DNA of 62,052 bases, filler included, from Nanobdellati archaeon (lineage in GTDB: Archaea > Nanobdellota > Nanobdellia > Woesearchaeales > JAADFO01), in the NCBI GenBank assembly GCA_013152815.1. It is 6 parts of 6 records of this genome, joined end to end, with 100 filler letters (N's around TTAATTAATTAA, not from the genome) between each part and the next. Parts side by side here need not be neighbours in the genome. Positions count along the whole stretch, not along the records: positions 33,301 to 44,886 come from JAADFO010000013.1; positions 44,987 to 53,680 come from JAADFO010000015.1; 4 more parts are not named here. One strand, written 5' to 3'. This document shows positions 38,078 to 47,032 of the stretch, piece by piece. A program made the position numbers and the translations under genes. Positions within the stretch are counted from its first letter, which is position 1; each line of letters begins with the position of its first letter. Below the pieces are notes generated by a model. That model did not search any database. It was not told where the DNA came from and saw only the letters and a program-made list of their open reading frames with translations.

Positions 38078-38812
38078 ATGCAACCTATGACACATCAGAT
38101 GATGGGATATGACCGGGCGATCACCATGTTCAGTCCGGACGGACGTCTGCTTCAGGTGGAGTATGCCAAGAAGACCGTGCGACAGGGAAGCGCCGCCATC
38201 GGCATCACCTGCAAGGACGGCATCGTCATGGTGACCGACAAGAGGATCATGGACGATCTCATGGTCCCTGAGGCGGTCGAGAAGATTGCGAAGATAGACG
38301 ACCATCTCATAGCTACTGCCGCAGGCATCCTCAGCGACGCCCGCGTCCTGATCGAACGGGCACAGATGAAAGGGCAGCAGCATCGGGTCACCTACGACAC
38401 GCCGGTGGACACCATCACGGTCGTCAAGGACATCTGCAACCTCAAGCAGATATGCACCCAATCGGGAGGGCTCAGGCCCTTCGGTGTCTCGCTCCTCATC
38501 GGAGGCATCGAGAATGACGGAGAAGTGAAGCTCTTCGAGACTGATCCCACCGGCATCTATTTCCAGTACAGGGCGACGGCCATAGGGGAAGGCGAACCCG
38601 AGATCGAGGAGATCCTCCATAAGAGATACAAGGAGGACATGACCATCGAGGATGGCATCAAGTTAGCGCTCAAGGCGCTGCTGCAGGTCATCGACAAGAA
38701 CATCGACGTCAAACGGATCGACTGCGTCTACATCACCAAGAAAGACAGGAAGCTGGTCCGCCTGAACAAGGAAGAACTGCAGAAGCATCTGACTCAGGTC
38801 AAGAAAAAATGA
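38078..38812 (+). CDS. psmA: Proteasome alpha subunit
   Basis: YDRAITMFSPDGRLLQVEYA, RPFGVSLL, ETDPTG. Confidence 0.98.
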   Translation: MQPMTHQMMGYDRAITMFSPDGRLLQVEYAKKTVRQGSAAIGITCKDGIVMVTDKRIMDDLMVPEAVEKIAKIDDHLIATAAGILSDARVLIERAQMKGQQHRVTYDTPVDTITVVKDICNLKQICTQSGGLRPFGVSLLIGGIENDGEVKLFETDPTGIYFQYRATAIGEGEPEIEEILHKRYKEDMTIEDGIKLALKALLQVIDKNIDVKRIDCVYITKKDRKLVRLNKEELQKHLTQVKKK

Positions 38813-39534
38813 GCAACGGCCAGACATTCGACAAGGAACGCATCAGCCTCAATATCGTCAGGCTGAAGAAGGCAGGAAAGACCTTTGAGATCAATGTCGA
38901 TCCTGACCTCGCTGTCCAGCTGAAAGAGGGCAAAGACATAGAGGTCCGTGATATCCTGAAAGCAGAGAAGATCTTCGCCGACGTGAAGAAAGGGCTGCTT
39001 GCGAGCGAACACGACCTGAAACTCGTCTTCGACACCGAAAGCATCCTCGAGGCCGCAACCATCATCATCAGGGAAGGGGACATCCAACTCACCCAGGAAT
39101 ATCGGCAGAAGCTCAGGGAAGAGAAGCTGAAAAGGATCATGGACATCATCCACGTCAACGGCGTCGATCCGAGGACCCATGCTCCCCATCCGCTGACCAG
39201 GATAGAGAACGCGTTCAAGGAAGCGAACATCCATATCGACGAATTTGAGGACATCAAGCAACAGGTCCAGGACATACTGAAGAAACTGAGGGTCATCCTG
39301 CCGATAAGCTTCGAGAACAGGAAGCTGTTGATCAAGATCCCCGCCGCCTATGCGCCGCAATGCTATGCGGTCGTGAAGAACCTCAGCACCATCCAGAAAG
39401 AGGAGTGGCAGAACGACGGAAGCTGGCATGCCACCATCGAGATCCCCGCTGGGCTGGCTGACGATCTGCTGGACAAGCTGAACAGCATGAGCCATGGTGA
39501 TGTGGCGACAGAGACGCTCAACAACGGAAGGTAA
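38809..39534 (+). CDS. sdo1: Ribosome maturation factor SBDS/Sdo1
   Basis: GKTFEINVDP, IFADVKKG, GDIQLT, DPRT..PHP..RIE. Confidence 0.95.
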   Translation: MSNGQTFDKERISLNIVRLKKAGKTFEINVDPDLAVQLKEGKDIEVRDILKAEKIFADVKKGLLASEHDLKLVFDTESILEAATIIIREGDIQLTQEYRQKLREEKLKRIMDIIHVNGVDPRTHAPHPLTRIENAFKEANIHIDEFEDIKQQVQDILKKLRVILPISFENRKLLIKIPAAYAPQCYAVVKNLSTIQKEEWQNDGSWHATIEIPAGLADDLLDKLNSMSHGDVATETLNNGR

Positions 39535-39557
39535 GAGAAGAGAAAGGTGAAACAACA

Positions 39558-40244
39558 ATGGCAAAATTATTGGTGAAGGAAAGGCAGGTCGTCGTGCCGG
39601 GCGAGGAGCTCGCAGAAGGCATGGAGTATCTGCCGGGATTCGGCGCCTATCGGATGGACGACCATGTGCGCGCCAAAAGGTTAGGGATAGTCAACATCTC
39701 CGGAAGGGCCATCAAGATCATCCCGCTCTCGGGGAGATACAACCCGAAGACCGATGATGCGATCATCGGAAAGGTCATCGACATCACGCTGAACGGATGG
39801 CGCATCGATACGAATTCGGCCTATACCTCCCTGCTCTCCCTCAAGGACGGAACCACAGAATATGTGCAGAAAGGGGCCGACCTGACGAGATACTATAAGA
39901 TCGGCGACTATGTCGCGGTCACCATCGTCAACGTGACGTCCCAGAAGCTCATCGACGTGTCGGCAAAAGGTCCCGGACTGGGAAAGCTCAGCGAAGGACG
40001 GATCGTCCGGGTCAATGCCTCGAAGGTGCCGCGCATCATCGGCAAAGGAGGTTCCATGATCTCCCTGATAAAGGAGGCGACGAACTGTCGGATCATGGTA
40101 GGCCAGAACGGCATCATCTGGATCAGCGGCGAACCGAAGAAAGAGAGCATCGCCGCCCAGGCCATCGGACTCATAGAGGAGAAAGCCCATCTTTCGGGTC
40201 TCACCGACGAGATCAGCAGGTTCCTCAAGGAAAAGGTGAAATGA
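39558..40244 (+). CDS. rrp4: Exosome RNA-binding subunit Rrp4
   Basis: VVPGE, S1 domain, KH motif VPRIIGKGGSM, VGQNGIIW. Confidence 0.96.
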   Translation: MAKLLVKERQVVVPGEELAEGMEYLPGFGAYRMDDHVRAKRLGIVNISGRAIKIIPLSGRYNPKTDDAIIGKVIDITLNGWRIDTNSAYTSLLSLKDGTTEYVQKGADLTRYYKIGDYVAVTIVNVTSQKLIDVSAKGPGLGKLSEGRIVRVNASKVPRIIGKGGSMISLIKEATNCRIMVGQNGIIWISGEPKKESIAAQAIGLIEEKAHLSGLTDEISRFLKEKVK

Positions 40245-40245
40245 A

Positions 40246-40965
40246 ATGGTATATGAAAAACGATTGGACGGCAGGAAATTTGATGAACTGAGACCCATCG
40301 AAGCCAGGGCAGGGATCATCAAACGTGCCGACGGGTCCGGCTATTTCCGGATCGGCAAGTCATCTGCCTATGCCGCGGTCTACGGACCCCGGGAACTCTA
40401 CCCACGATTCCTGCAGAATCCCACCAAGGGAGTCCTGAGATGTCATTATAACATGATGCCCTTCTCTTCGGTCGGTGGACGGGTAAGGCCAGGAGGGTCA
40501 CGACGCTCAAAAGAGATCTCCATGGTCACGAACAAGGCGCTCCTGTCTGTCATGGAACTGGATGATTTCACCAATGCCGTCATCGACGTGTTCATCGAGC
40601 TCGACCAGACCGATGCAGGGACGAGATGTGCGGGTATCAGCGCCGCATCCATCGCCCTCGCCGACGCAGGCATCGTCATGAAGGACCTGGTCTCCGCGGT
40701 CGCCATCGGTGTCGTCGACAACAGCGTCGTCGCCGACCTGAACTACGACGAAGAGGCCTACGACAAGGGAGATGTCGCGGACATACCCTTCGCGGTCATC
40801 CCGAGCACCGGGAAGATCTCGCTCCTGCAGATGGACGGGATCATCACCAAAGAACAGCTCAATGAGGCCATGGAACTCGCCCAGAAGAAATGCGGCGAGA
40901 TCAACAGGATCCAGAGGGCGGCGCTCAAGGATAAATTCAAGGCAGGTGAGAATCATGCAGAATGA
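40246..40965 (+). CDS. rrp41: Exosome subunit Rrp41
   Basis: RLDGRKFDELRP, AVYGPRE, RRSKEIS, DAGTR, DLNYDEE. Confidence 0.96.
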   Translation: MVYEKRLDGRKFDELRPIEARAGIIKRADGSGYFRIGKSSAYAAVYGPRELYPRFLQNPTKGVLRCHYNMMPFSSVGGRVRPGGSRRSKEISMVTNKALLSVMELDDFTNAVIDVFIELDQTDAGTRCAGISAASIALADAGIVMKDLVSAVAIGVVDNSVVADLNYDEEAYDKGDVADIPFAVIPSTGKISLLQMDGIITKEQLNEAMELAQKKCGEINRIQRAALKDKFKAGENHAE

Positions 40966-41725
40966 GATGCAGAAGAATATGCTCAAGTATCTTGAGGCCG
41001 GTCTTCGGAGAGACGGCAGAAAGAAGGACGAATGGCGACGGATCAGCGTCGAGAAAGGGGTCTCTGCCAACGCAGAAGGTTCTGCCCGTGTGAAGATAGG
41101 GGAGACCGAAGTGCTCGTCGGCGTCAAGATGATCGTGGACAAGCCCTACCCTGACAGGCCTGACGAGGGAACGCTGATGGTCGGAGCTGAACTCCTGCCC
41201 ATGTCGAGCCCTGATTTCGAGACAGGACCTCCGGGGATCTGGGCCATCGAGATCGCGAGGGTGGTGGACAGGGGCATCCGTGAATCAGGTGCGCTGGACA
41301 ACAAGGCGCTCTGCATCAAGGCAGGAGAGCACGTCTGGATCATCTCCATCGACATCGTCACGATAAACGATGCAGGCAATCTCCTGGACGCGAGTGCGCT
41401 GGGGACCCTTGCGGCCATAGAGGATACCCGGTTCCCCGCCTTTGACGGCGAGGCCATCGACTATAAGACCAAGACCGACAAGAGGATCAAGATGAACAAG
41501 CATCCCATCTCGGTGACGGTCTGGAAGATAGGCAAGCATCTCCTCGTCGACCCGACCTCTGATGAAGAGGAAGCCGCCGAGGCACGGCTGACGGTCGCTT
41601 CCATCGAGGACGGGAAGCTCTGTGCGATGCAGAAAGGAGGAGAGGAACCCCTGGACATGAAAGACATCCAGAAGATGGTCGACATGGCTCTGGAGAACGC
41701 TGCCAAGATACGGAAAAACCTCTGA
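40955..41725 (+). CDS. rrp42: Exosome subunit Rrp42
   Basis: RRDGR, AEGSARV, FETGPPG, ARVVDRGIRES, DAGNLLDA, QKGG. Confidence 0.96.
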   Translation: MQNEMQKNMLKYLEAGLRRDGRKKDEWRRISVEKGVSANAEGSARVKIGETEVLVGVKMIVDKPYPDRPDEGTLMVGAELLPMSSPDFETGPPGIWAIEIARVVDRGIRESGALDNKALCIKAGEHVWIISIDIVTINDAGNLLDASALGTLAAIEDTRFPAFDGEAIDYKTKTDKRIKMNKHPISVTVWKIGKHLLVDPTSDEEEAAEARLTVASIEDGKLCAMQKGGEEPLDMKDIQKMVDMALENAAKIRKNL

Positions 41726-41735
41726 GGTAAGAAAG

Positions 41736-41945
41736 ATGGCTGAAGAACTGACGAAATATGAGAGGGCGCGTATCATCGGGGCGCGGTCGTTGCAGCTCAG
41801 CATGGGCGCACCGTTCCTGCTCAAGATAGGGGAGAAGGACATGGAGGAGCTTCATTTCAACCCCATCGCCATCGCAAAAAAAGAGCTTGAAGCAGGGGTC
41901 ATCCCCATCTCCATCAAACGGATGCTCCCCCACGAGAGGGGATGA
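41736..41945 (+). CDS. rpoK: RNA polymerase subunit K (Rpo6)
   Basis: LTKYERARIIGARSLQLSMGAP. Confidence 0.96.
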   Translation: MAEELTKYERARIIGARSLQLSMGAPFLLKIGEKDMEELHFNPIAIAKKELEAGVIPISIKRMLPHERG

Positions 41946-41978
41946 TTTTATTTTTTCTCTTATTGTTCTTTCAATAAA

Positions 41979-42275
41979 ATGACCGGACAGCGAGACGTCA
42001 CCGATGAGAGACTCGAGAAGTATTTCTCCCTGACAGGTGAAGCGCTCGCCAAGGTGAAGATCGCTCCGAAAGCGTCCTTCGACTGGGAGGAGAAGGCCGG
42101 GGATTTTCTGGACATGGCGACCCGCTATTTCTCAGACGCAAAGTTCTTCAAGGAGAAAGGTGATGTGGTAACGGCCTTCGCAGCGCTCAACTATGCCCAC
42201 GGCTGGCTGGACGCCGGCGCGAGATTGGGACTGTTCGACGTGGACCATGATTCGAGATTGTTTACGGTGGACTGA
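41979..42275 (+). CDS. DUF357-family protein
   Basis: DMATRYFSDAKFF...AFAALNYAHGWLDAGARLG. Confidence 0.9.
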   Translation: MTGQRDVTDERLEKYFSLTGEALAKVKIAPKASFDWEEKAGDFLDMATRYFSDAKFFKEKGDVVTAFAALNYAHGWLDAGARLGLFDVDHDSRLFTVD

Positions 42276-42281
42276 GCAGGT

Positions 42282-43019
42282 TCATGTGGGACCGATGCTC
42301 CACCGGTCATTGACGAACAGATAGTCTTTCTTTTTCAGGTTGTAGAGCAGATCCAGATAGGACGATATCCCGTAGAAGATGAGCACTCCGTCGACTTCGG
42401 TGCCGTTCCGGTAATCCTTGTTGAAGAAGTTGATATGATGGTTGTTAAGGAGGCTCATCCCCTCTGGCTTGACCCGATCGATATCCTGCAGGGTGAATGC
42501 TTCTGCCAGTTCTCCGCGGATATCACCGGCAAGATCGATGCGCTTCCTGTCGCGAAGGAAATCGAGCAGGCCATCGGCATCAGAGGAAGACAATATACGT
42601 TCCAGCTCTATGCGGTCACGACGTCGGATCTTCTGATGTTTTTTCTCGAGCCGTGCCATAATATGCCCGAAATATTCTTCACCAAGGCCTTCCAGCAGCT
42701 CTTTGGTGATGTGCTGGTAGCTCATGACCGTGTCTATGGGTCGCTTCTGATCGTCGACAGGATAGTCAGGATTGTAGTTGAAGCTGACAAGGTGGCGATA
42801 GACCTCGGGAAGATGATGAGAACCAGGATACTCGTCCATCCATAGCTCATGCAACAATTTCTTCTTGCCCTTCAGCTGCTGCCGTTTCCCACGTGGAAGA
42901 CAACCGACCTCGATGAGGGTGAAACTGATGAGCTGGCCGTCCTGATAGACTGGAAACTCGATGGAAGAGCCGGGGAACCTGAAGTATTGGTTTGTGATCT
43001 CTTCAATCGCTGCCTGCAT
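42282..43019 (-). CDS. Hypothetical protein, possible degenerate PD-(D/E)xK fold at the C-terminus
   Basis: 245-aa ORF; RGELAE...TEVDGVL. Confidence 0.65.
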   Translation of the reverse strand: MQAAIEEITNQYFRFPGSSIEFPVYQDGQLISFTLIEVGCLPRGKRQQLKGKKKLLHELWMDEYPGSHHLPEVYRHLVSFNYNPDYPVDDQKRPIDTVMSYQHITKELLEGLGEEYFGHIMARLEKKHQKIRRRDRIELERILSSSDADGLLDFLRDRKRIDLAGDIRGELAEAFTLQDIDRVKPEGMSLLNNHHINFFNKDYRNGTEVDGVLIFYGISSYLDLLYNLKKKDYLFVNDRWSIGPT

Positions 43020-43101
43020 GGACAGAAAGAATGATGATGATATTTATGGATTCTTGGTCCGGAAGACACATGTTTGGAAAGCATTATAACCTATCAAGAA
43101 G

Positions 43102-43596
43102 ATGACCAGAGACATGAAAGAACTTTTCGCTATGCTGCCGCACATCTCTCCTGCAGAAGCTCATGGCCAGCTTCTCCTTGACACCTGTTTCATCATCTAC
43201 ATGCTTGAGGAACAGCAGGAGAAAGCGCTGCTGAAGCATGACTGCGCCATCCTTTCCTTCACAGCTGAAGAACTCTCTTTTGTAGAGCAGCATAAAATCC
43301 ATGACAAGTCAAAGGTACGCCTAAGGCATCTTCTCAAGCAGGAGCATCACCTGAAGATCATCGACGTGGATGTCCATCCGGGAAATCCTGATCAGGAGAG
43401 ATCATTCGTCAGGAGCATAGAACCCGGGCTTCTTGAGAACATCGAAGACCCCAGTGACGCGGTCCTCATCGCGGCGGCGATACGGACACAGTCCAATGTG
43501 CTGACCAGAGACAAGCATCACCTGTATACCTCGAGGCTGGAGAACTTTCTGAATCGATATGGGATAGAGGTCATGAACCGGTTCCCTGATGGCTGA
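43102..43596 (+). CDS. PIN domain protein
   Basis: LLLDTCFII, E, DPSDAVLIAAA, VLTRDKH acidic quartet. Confidence 0.85.
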   Translation: MTRDMKELFAMLPHISPAEAHGQLLLDTCFIIYMLEEQQEKALLKHDCAILSFTAEELSFVEQHKIHDKSKVRLRHLLKQEHHLKIIDVDVHPGNPDQERSFVRSIEPGLLENIEDPSDAVLIAAAIRTQSNVLTRDKHHLYTSRLENFLNRYGIEVMNRFPDG

Positions 43597-43617
43597 GACG
43601 GGATTGCGATGACCTGC

Positions 43618-44658
43618 CTAATCGGCCTTTTCTATCTTGGGGTAGCTTCCCGGCTGCATGAAGACCTTGTGGATCCTGATGGCGACGCCCTTGTCTGCCT
43701 TGAGTATATCTTTGGGCAGCATCTTCAGGGGCCCGACCGCGATGAGCTCCCCTTTCAGGGTCATCACGGCAACAAGCTCGTCGATCTGTATCTCTGACTC
43801 GACCTTCACGATACCGGGCACCTTCAGGTCTGCTCCGTGGCAGAGGGTCTCCACCGTGCTGTCCAATACCCAGCATTTCGGCAGATGTGCAACAGCCTCC
43901 TCGATGGGTCGGATGACATGACGGAGGTAGCTGTCGTTGTTCTCTTCTTTGTAGTAATGGAACGCATCGGCAAGGTCCTGGAGCGTGTGGCCGTCGTCTT
44001 CATGGAACGGACCTGCCTTGGTGCGCCGAAGCTCGGTCATATGAGCGCCGAAGCCGAACCGCACGCCCATGTCGTGGACCAGTTTCCGTATGTAGGTCCC
44101 TGCCTGGGTGCCTGTCTTGAACAGCACATCCTGCTCCAGGACATCGAGGAGTTCGATATAGTAGACTCTCCTGAAGCGATATTGCCGCTTGACCGCGCTC
44201 TTCACCGGCGGAAGCTGCTTGATCTTGCCGACGAATTCAGAAAGGACCGTGCGCAGAACGTCCCTTTCCACAGGCTTGTGGAGATGCATGAGACAGACGT
44301 ATTCTTTCCCTGCAGGGAGGAGTGTCTGCACGATTCTCGTTCCCCGGCCCAGCGCGACCGGAAGCACGCCGGTAACCTTGGGGTCGAGCGTGCCTGAATG
44401 GCCGCTCTTGTCGATGCCGAGTATCTGCTGGACATAGGCAGAGACCTGATGGGACGATGGTCCAGATGGCTTGTTGAGGTTGATGATGCCATAGGTCAGA
44501 AGGCTCTCGGTAGGACGGTCATCAGGAGAGCAACCGTATCTTGGTGAGGTGTCTGCCTGCCGTCTGACCAGGATCTCCCTCTTTATCTTCTCGAAGGGCA
44601 ATCGTGTGTCCACCGGCGGTTCGACAGGGGAGACGGTGGGGGAAGGGTGTGCAGCCAT
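43618..44658 (-). CDS. cbf5: H/ACA pseudouridine synthase Cbf5
   Basis: NKPSGPSSH, GHSGTLDPKVTG, QLPPVKSAVKR, AGTYIRK, PUA domain. Confidence 0.97.
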   Translation of the reverse strand: MAAHPSPTVSPVEPPVDTRLPFEKIKREILVRRQADTSPRYGCSPDDRPTESLLTYGIINLNKPSGPSSHQVSAYVQQILGIDKSGHSGTLDPKVTGVLPVALGRGTRIVQTLLPAGKEYVCLMHLHKPVERDVLRTVLSEFVGKIKQLPPVKSAVKRQYRFRRVYYIELLDVLEQDVLFKTGTQAGTYIRKLVHDMGVRFGFGAHMTELRRTKAGPFHEDDGHTLQDLADAFHYYKEENNDSYLRHVIRPIEEAVAHLPKCWVLDSTVETLCHGADLKVPGIVKVESEIQIDELVAVMTLKGELIAVGPLKMLPKDILKADKGVAIRIHKVFMQPGSYPKIEKAD

Positions 44659-44886
44659 GACCCTTGAGAAATGGAGGGGGATTAATAAAAGTGAGCATAA
44701 AGTGAGCATCAGGAGAAGAAGGGGAGCAGGAAGAGGCAGAAGAAGTGCAGAAGGATACGCGCAGGAAAGAATAACTTTCAATATTGATAATAATTGATGT
44801 TAAATCCAATAAATTTTAAGCCCTGAAAAAGCGAAATATTTATATACCATAGTTAATTATAGTTTGCTATGACTTCAACAACAATT

Positions 44887-44986
44887 NNNNNNNNNNNNNN
44901 NNNNNNNNNNNNNNNNNNNNNNNNNNNNNNTTAATTAATTAANNNNNNNNNNNNNNNNNNNNNNNNNNNNNNNNNNNNNNNNNNNN
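44887..44986. other. Artificial contig-joining linker
   Basis: N44-TTAATTAATTAA-N44. Confidence 0.99.
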
Positions 44987-45311
44987 TTTCTCTTTTTTTC
45001 CTATGAAATCCATCAATCGATAAAGCACCGCTGCTGACTATTGCTAAGATAATGATCCCCCCATATATCTTATCGAAAGCATAAGATAAGAACAGAAAAG
45101 CGATAATCCAGAAAGTCACAAGCAGATATGATGCTGATTTGATATACCTGAACAGCGAATGGCTTGTCTTTTCTCGGTCTTTTAAGGTGATGGCCTCTCT
45201 GATGTTCTTTTTTGTATATCCTTCTCGAAGAAGATATGTTTCTAATTGCGCTTCATCATAACCTTGTGCTTCTTCGCTCTTAATCCAATCAGCAAGTCGC
45301 TTGTCTGGCAT
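44987..45311 (-). CDS. Hypothetical membrane protein, truncated at contig end
   Basis: Small helical N-terminal domain (LADWIKSEEAQGY...LLREGY) followed by TM segments. Confidence 0.65.
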
Positions 45312-45404
45312 CTGTGTTCTCTTTGACGAGCTTTATATATAAATTCTTTGCATATAGTCAGTCAACGAGAAACATTTATATGTGATGATGCAGATAATCA
45401 ATGT

Positions 45405-45527
45405 ATGAAGAATAAGGGATCCATTGACCTAACAGCTAACATTCTAGTGATAATGATTCTCTCTAGCATAGTTCCCCTTCTTGGAATCTACTATGCTGCC
45501 AAATGGTTATTAGGCTTTTTCCAATAG
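45405..45527 (+). CDS. 40-aa ORF with class III (type IV pilin-like) signal peptide
   Basis: MKNKG/SIDLTANILVIMILSSIVPLLGIYYAAKWLLGFFQ; TATA-like TTTATAT about 25 nt upstream. Below the ORF-track size cut-off. Confidence 0.55.
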   Translation: MKNKGSIDLTANILVIMILSSIVPLLGIYYAAKWLLGFFQ

Positions 45528-45653
45528 GTCATTGAACCTAATAACAGTTATGTAAAACCTGCTCGTTTGGAGACTCTGTTGATATCTAGGGCGCTTCGCA
45601 CGCTATAGAAACGCATAAGTGGTTATGAATTATTATGTGTGGATATTGAAAGC

Positions 45654-45932
45654 TTACATTCCCAAGTTCTTCATCAGTTCAAAGACTAAGAATGCAGGCC
45701 AGACGAGCGCTTTCAAGATTCCTAAGATGGTCATCCAGAATCCTGATGTGGTGGAGACGTAATAGACTAACGCACCGATGAATCCTAGGCCGTAACCTGC
45801 ACCGGCACATCCACCGCATCCAGAGCCGTACTTCTTTCCCTTACTGTCGCAGCATTTCTCGAGTCCCTTATCGTATCTGATTTCAATCTTCCCCTTGGAA
45901 GGTGTTTTTTTCTTAGTGGTTTTCTTTGGCAT
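45654..45932 (-). CDS. Small hypothetical membrane protein with Cys/Gly-rich N-region
   Basis: CCDS...GCGGCAGAGYGLGFIGALVYY...LKALVWPAFLV. Confidence 0.8.
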   Translation of the reverse strand: MPKKTTKKKTPSKGKIEIRYDKGLEKCCDSKGKKYGSGCGGCAGAGYGLGFIGALVYYVSTTSGFWMTILGILKALVWPAFLVFELMKNLGM

Positions 45933-46046
45933 GATTATCACCCTTGCTGAGCTTAATGAAAATACTAAGATAAAAAGGTATCTGAATGAGATAGGTGCGT
46001 CAGAAGAAACCTTTTTAAAGGCTATTTGAGTTCTGCTGAATCTATC

Positions 46047-46121
46047 GGGCCCGTAGTCTAGTCCGGCTATGATGTCGCCTTCACATGGCGAAGGTCCCCG
46101 GTTCAAATCCGGGCGGGCCCA
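46047..46121 (+). tRNA. tRNA-Val(CAC)
   Basis: Acceptor GGGCCCG/CGGGCCC, anticodon arm TCGCC-TTCACAT-GGCGA, T arm CCCGG-TTCAAAT-CCGGG; CCA not encoded. Confidence 0.96.
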
Positions 46122-46205
46122 TTACTTTCAGTAAAGGACGCGTCCGCGTTTGAACATGCTCAGCAATCTGGAGATTGCTGGCATATCGCTCGTTATGCTC
46201 ATGAT

Positions 46206-46223
46206 AAATCCGGCCGGGCCCAT
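46206..46223 (+). repeat. Duplicate of tRNA-Val 3' end
   Basis: AAATCCGGCCGGGCCCAT vs AAATCCGGGCGGGCCCAT at 46105-46122 (17/18). Confidence 0.75.
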
Positions 46224-46273
46224 ATATTCTCCTCTCAAAAACTATATATACTATCTTCTTCAGGATTGGATGT

Positions 46274-46573
46274 ATGAAGATCTCCATCGACACGAAAGAG
46301 GACTCGCATGAGGATATGAGGAAGCTCATCAGCATGCTCCAGCATATCGTAGGCGGCAAGCAAGAATATTCCACTGTCTTCGATGGCACTTCCGGGATAT
46401 CCCCTCCTGCTGCAGAACAGTCTGTCGAGCCTGTGGCGCCCGGCCTCTTCAGCATCTTCGATGAGACTCCTTCAGAACCGGCAGCAGCGCCATCAGCACC
46501 GGACGATGATGCGGATACAGGTTCTCCAGAAGAAGAGGAGCCTGAAAACATCCAGCTCATGACCTACGAATGA
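46274..46573 (+). CDS. Hypothetical small acidic protein
   Basis: MKISIDTKEDSHEDMRKLI N-terminus, disordered acidic tail, TATA upstream. Confidence 0.75.
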   Translation: MKISIDTKEDSHEDMRKLISMLQHIVGGKQEYSTVFDGTSGISPPAAEQSVEPVAPGLFSIFDETPSEPAAAPSAPDDDADTGSPEEEEPENIQLMTYE

Positions 46574-46618
46574 ACAAGCTTTTTAAATGCATCTCATCTC
46601 TCCTGTTTCTGTAAGACC

Positions 46619-47032
46619 ATGGAAAAGCCCTATGAATACCTTGAGCATACGGCGGATGCAAAGTTCCGGGCCTATGGCAAGACCCTGGAAGAAGCTTTCA
46701 AGAATGCTGCTCTGGCCATGTTCAACATCATCACCGACACGGGCAAGGTCGCGCCCAGGATCGAGAAGACATTTGAAGTTACCGGGGAAGACAGGGAATC
46801 CATGCTCTATGACTTTCTCGAGCAGTTCGTCTTCCTGGTCGATACGGAACATTTCCTGCTCCATGAGGTCAAGGAGCTCTCCATCGACGGTTTCACCCTG
46901 AAGGCAACCCTGGTCGGCGACACCCTCGCTGGCCATGACGTGCATACAGCCATCAAGTCCATGACGTATAATGATATGTTCATACGAGAAGAGGATGGCA
47001 GATTCGTCATCCAGGCGGTGGTAGACCTATGA
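46619..47032 (+). CDS. Archease
   Basis: YEYLEHTAD..FRAYG..LEEAF.NAA, IKSMTY, C-terminal VVDL; coupled to rtcB. Confidence 0.96.
   Translation: MEKPYEYLEHTADAKFRAYGKTLEEAFKNAALAMFNIITDTGKVAPRIEKTFEVTGEDRESMLYDFLEQFVFLVDTEHFLLHEVKELSIDGFTLKATLVGDTLAGHDVHTAIKSMTYNDMFIREEDGRFVIQAVVDL

Noticed and set aside
37708..41945. Pop5-psmA-SBDS-rrp4-rrp41-rrp42-rpoK cluster as a novel system
   Set aside because: This is the well-known archaeal proteasome/exosome superoperon; only rpoK following rrp42 is a minor variation.
45539..45628. Integron attC-like site (TAATAAC...GTTATGA with TTATG/CATAA) after the pilin-like ORF
   Set aside because: Central pairing is poor, there is a single instance and no integrase; it cannot be supported without an attC covariance-model search.
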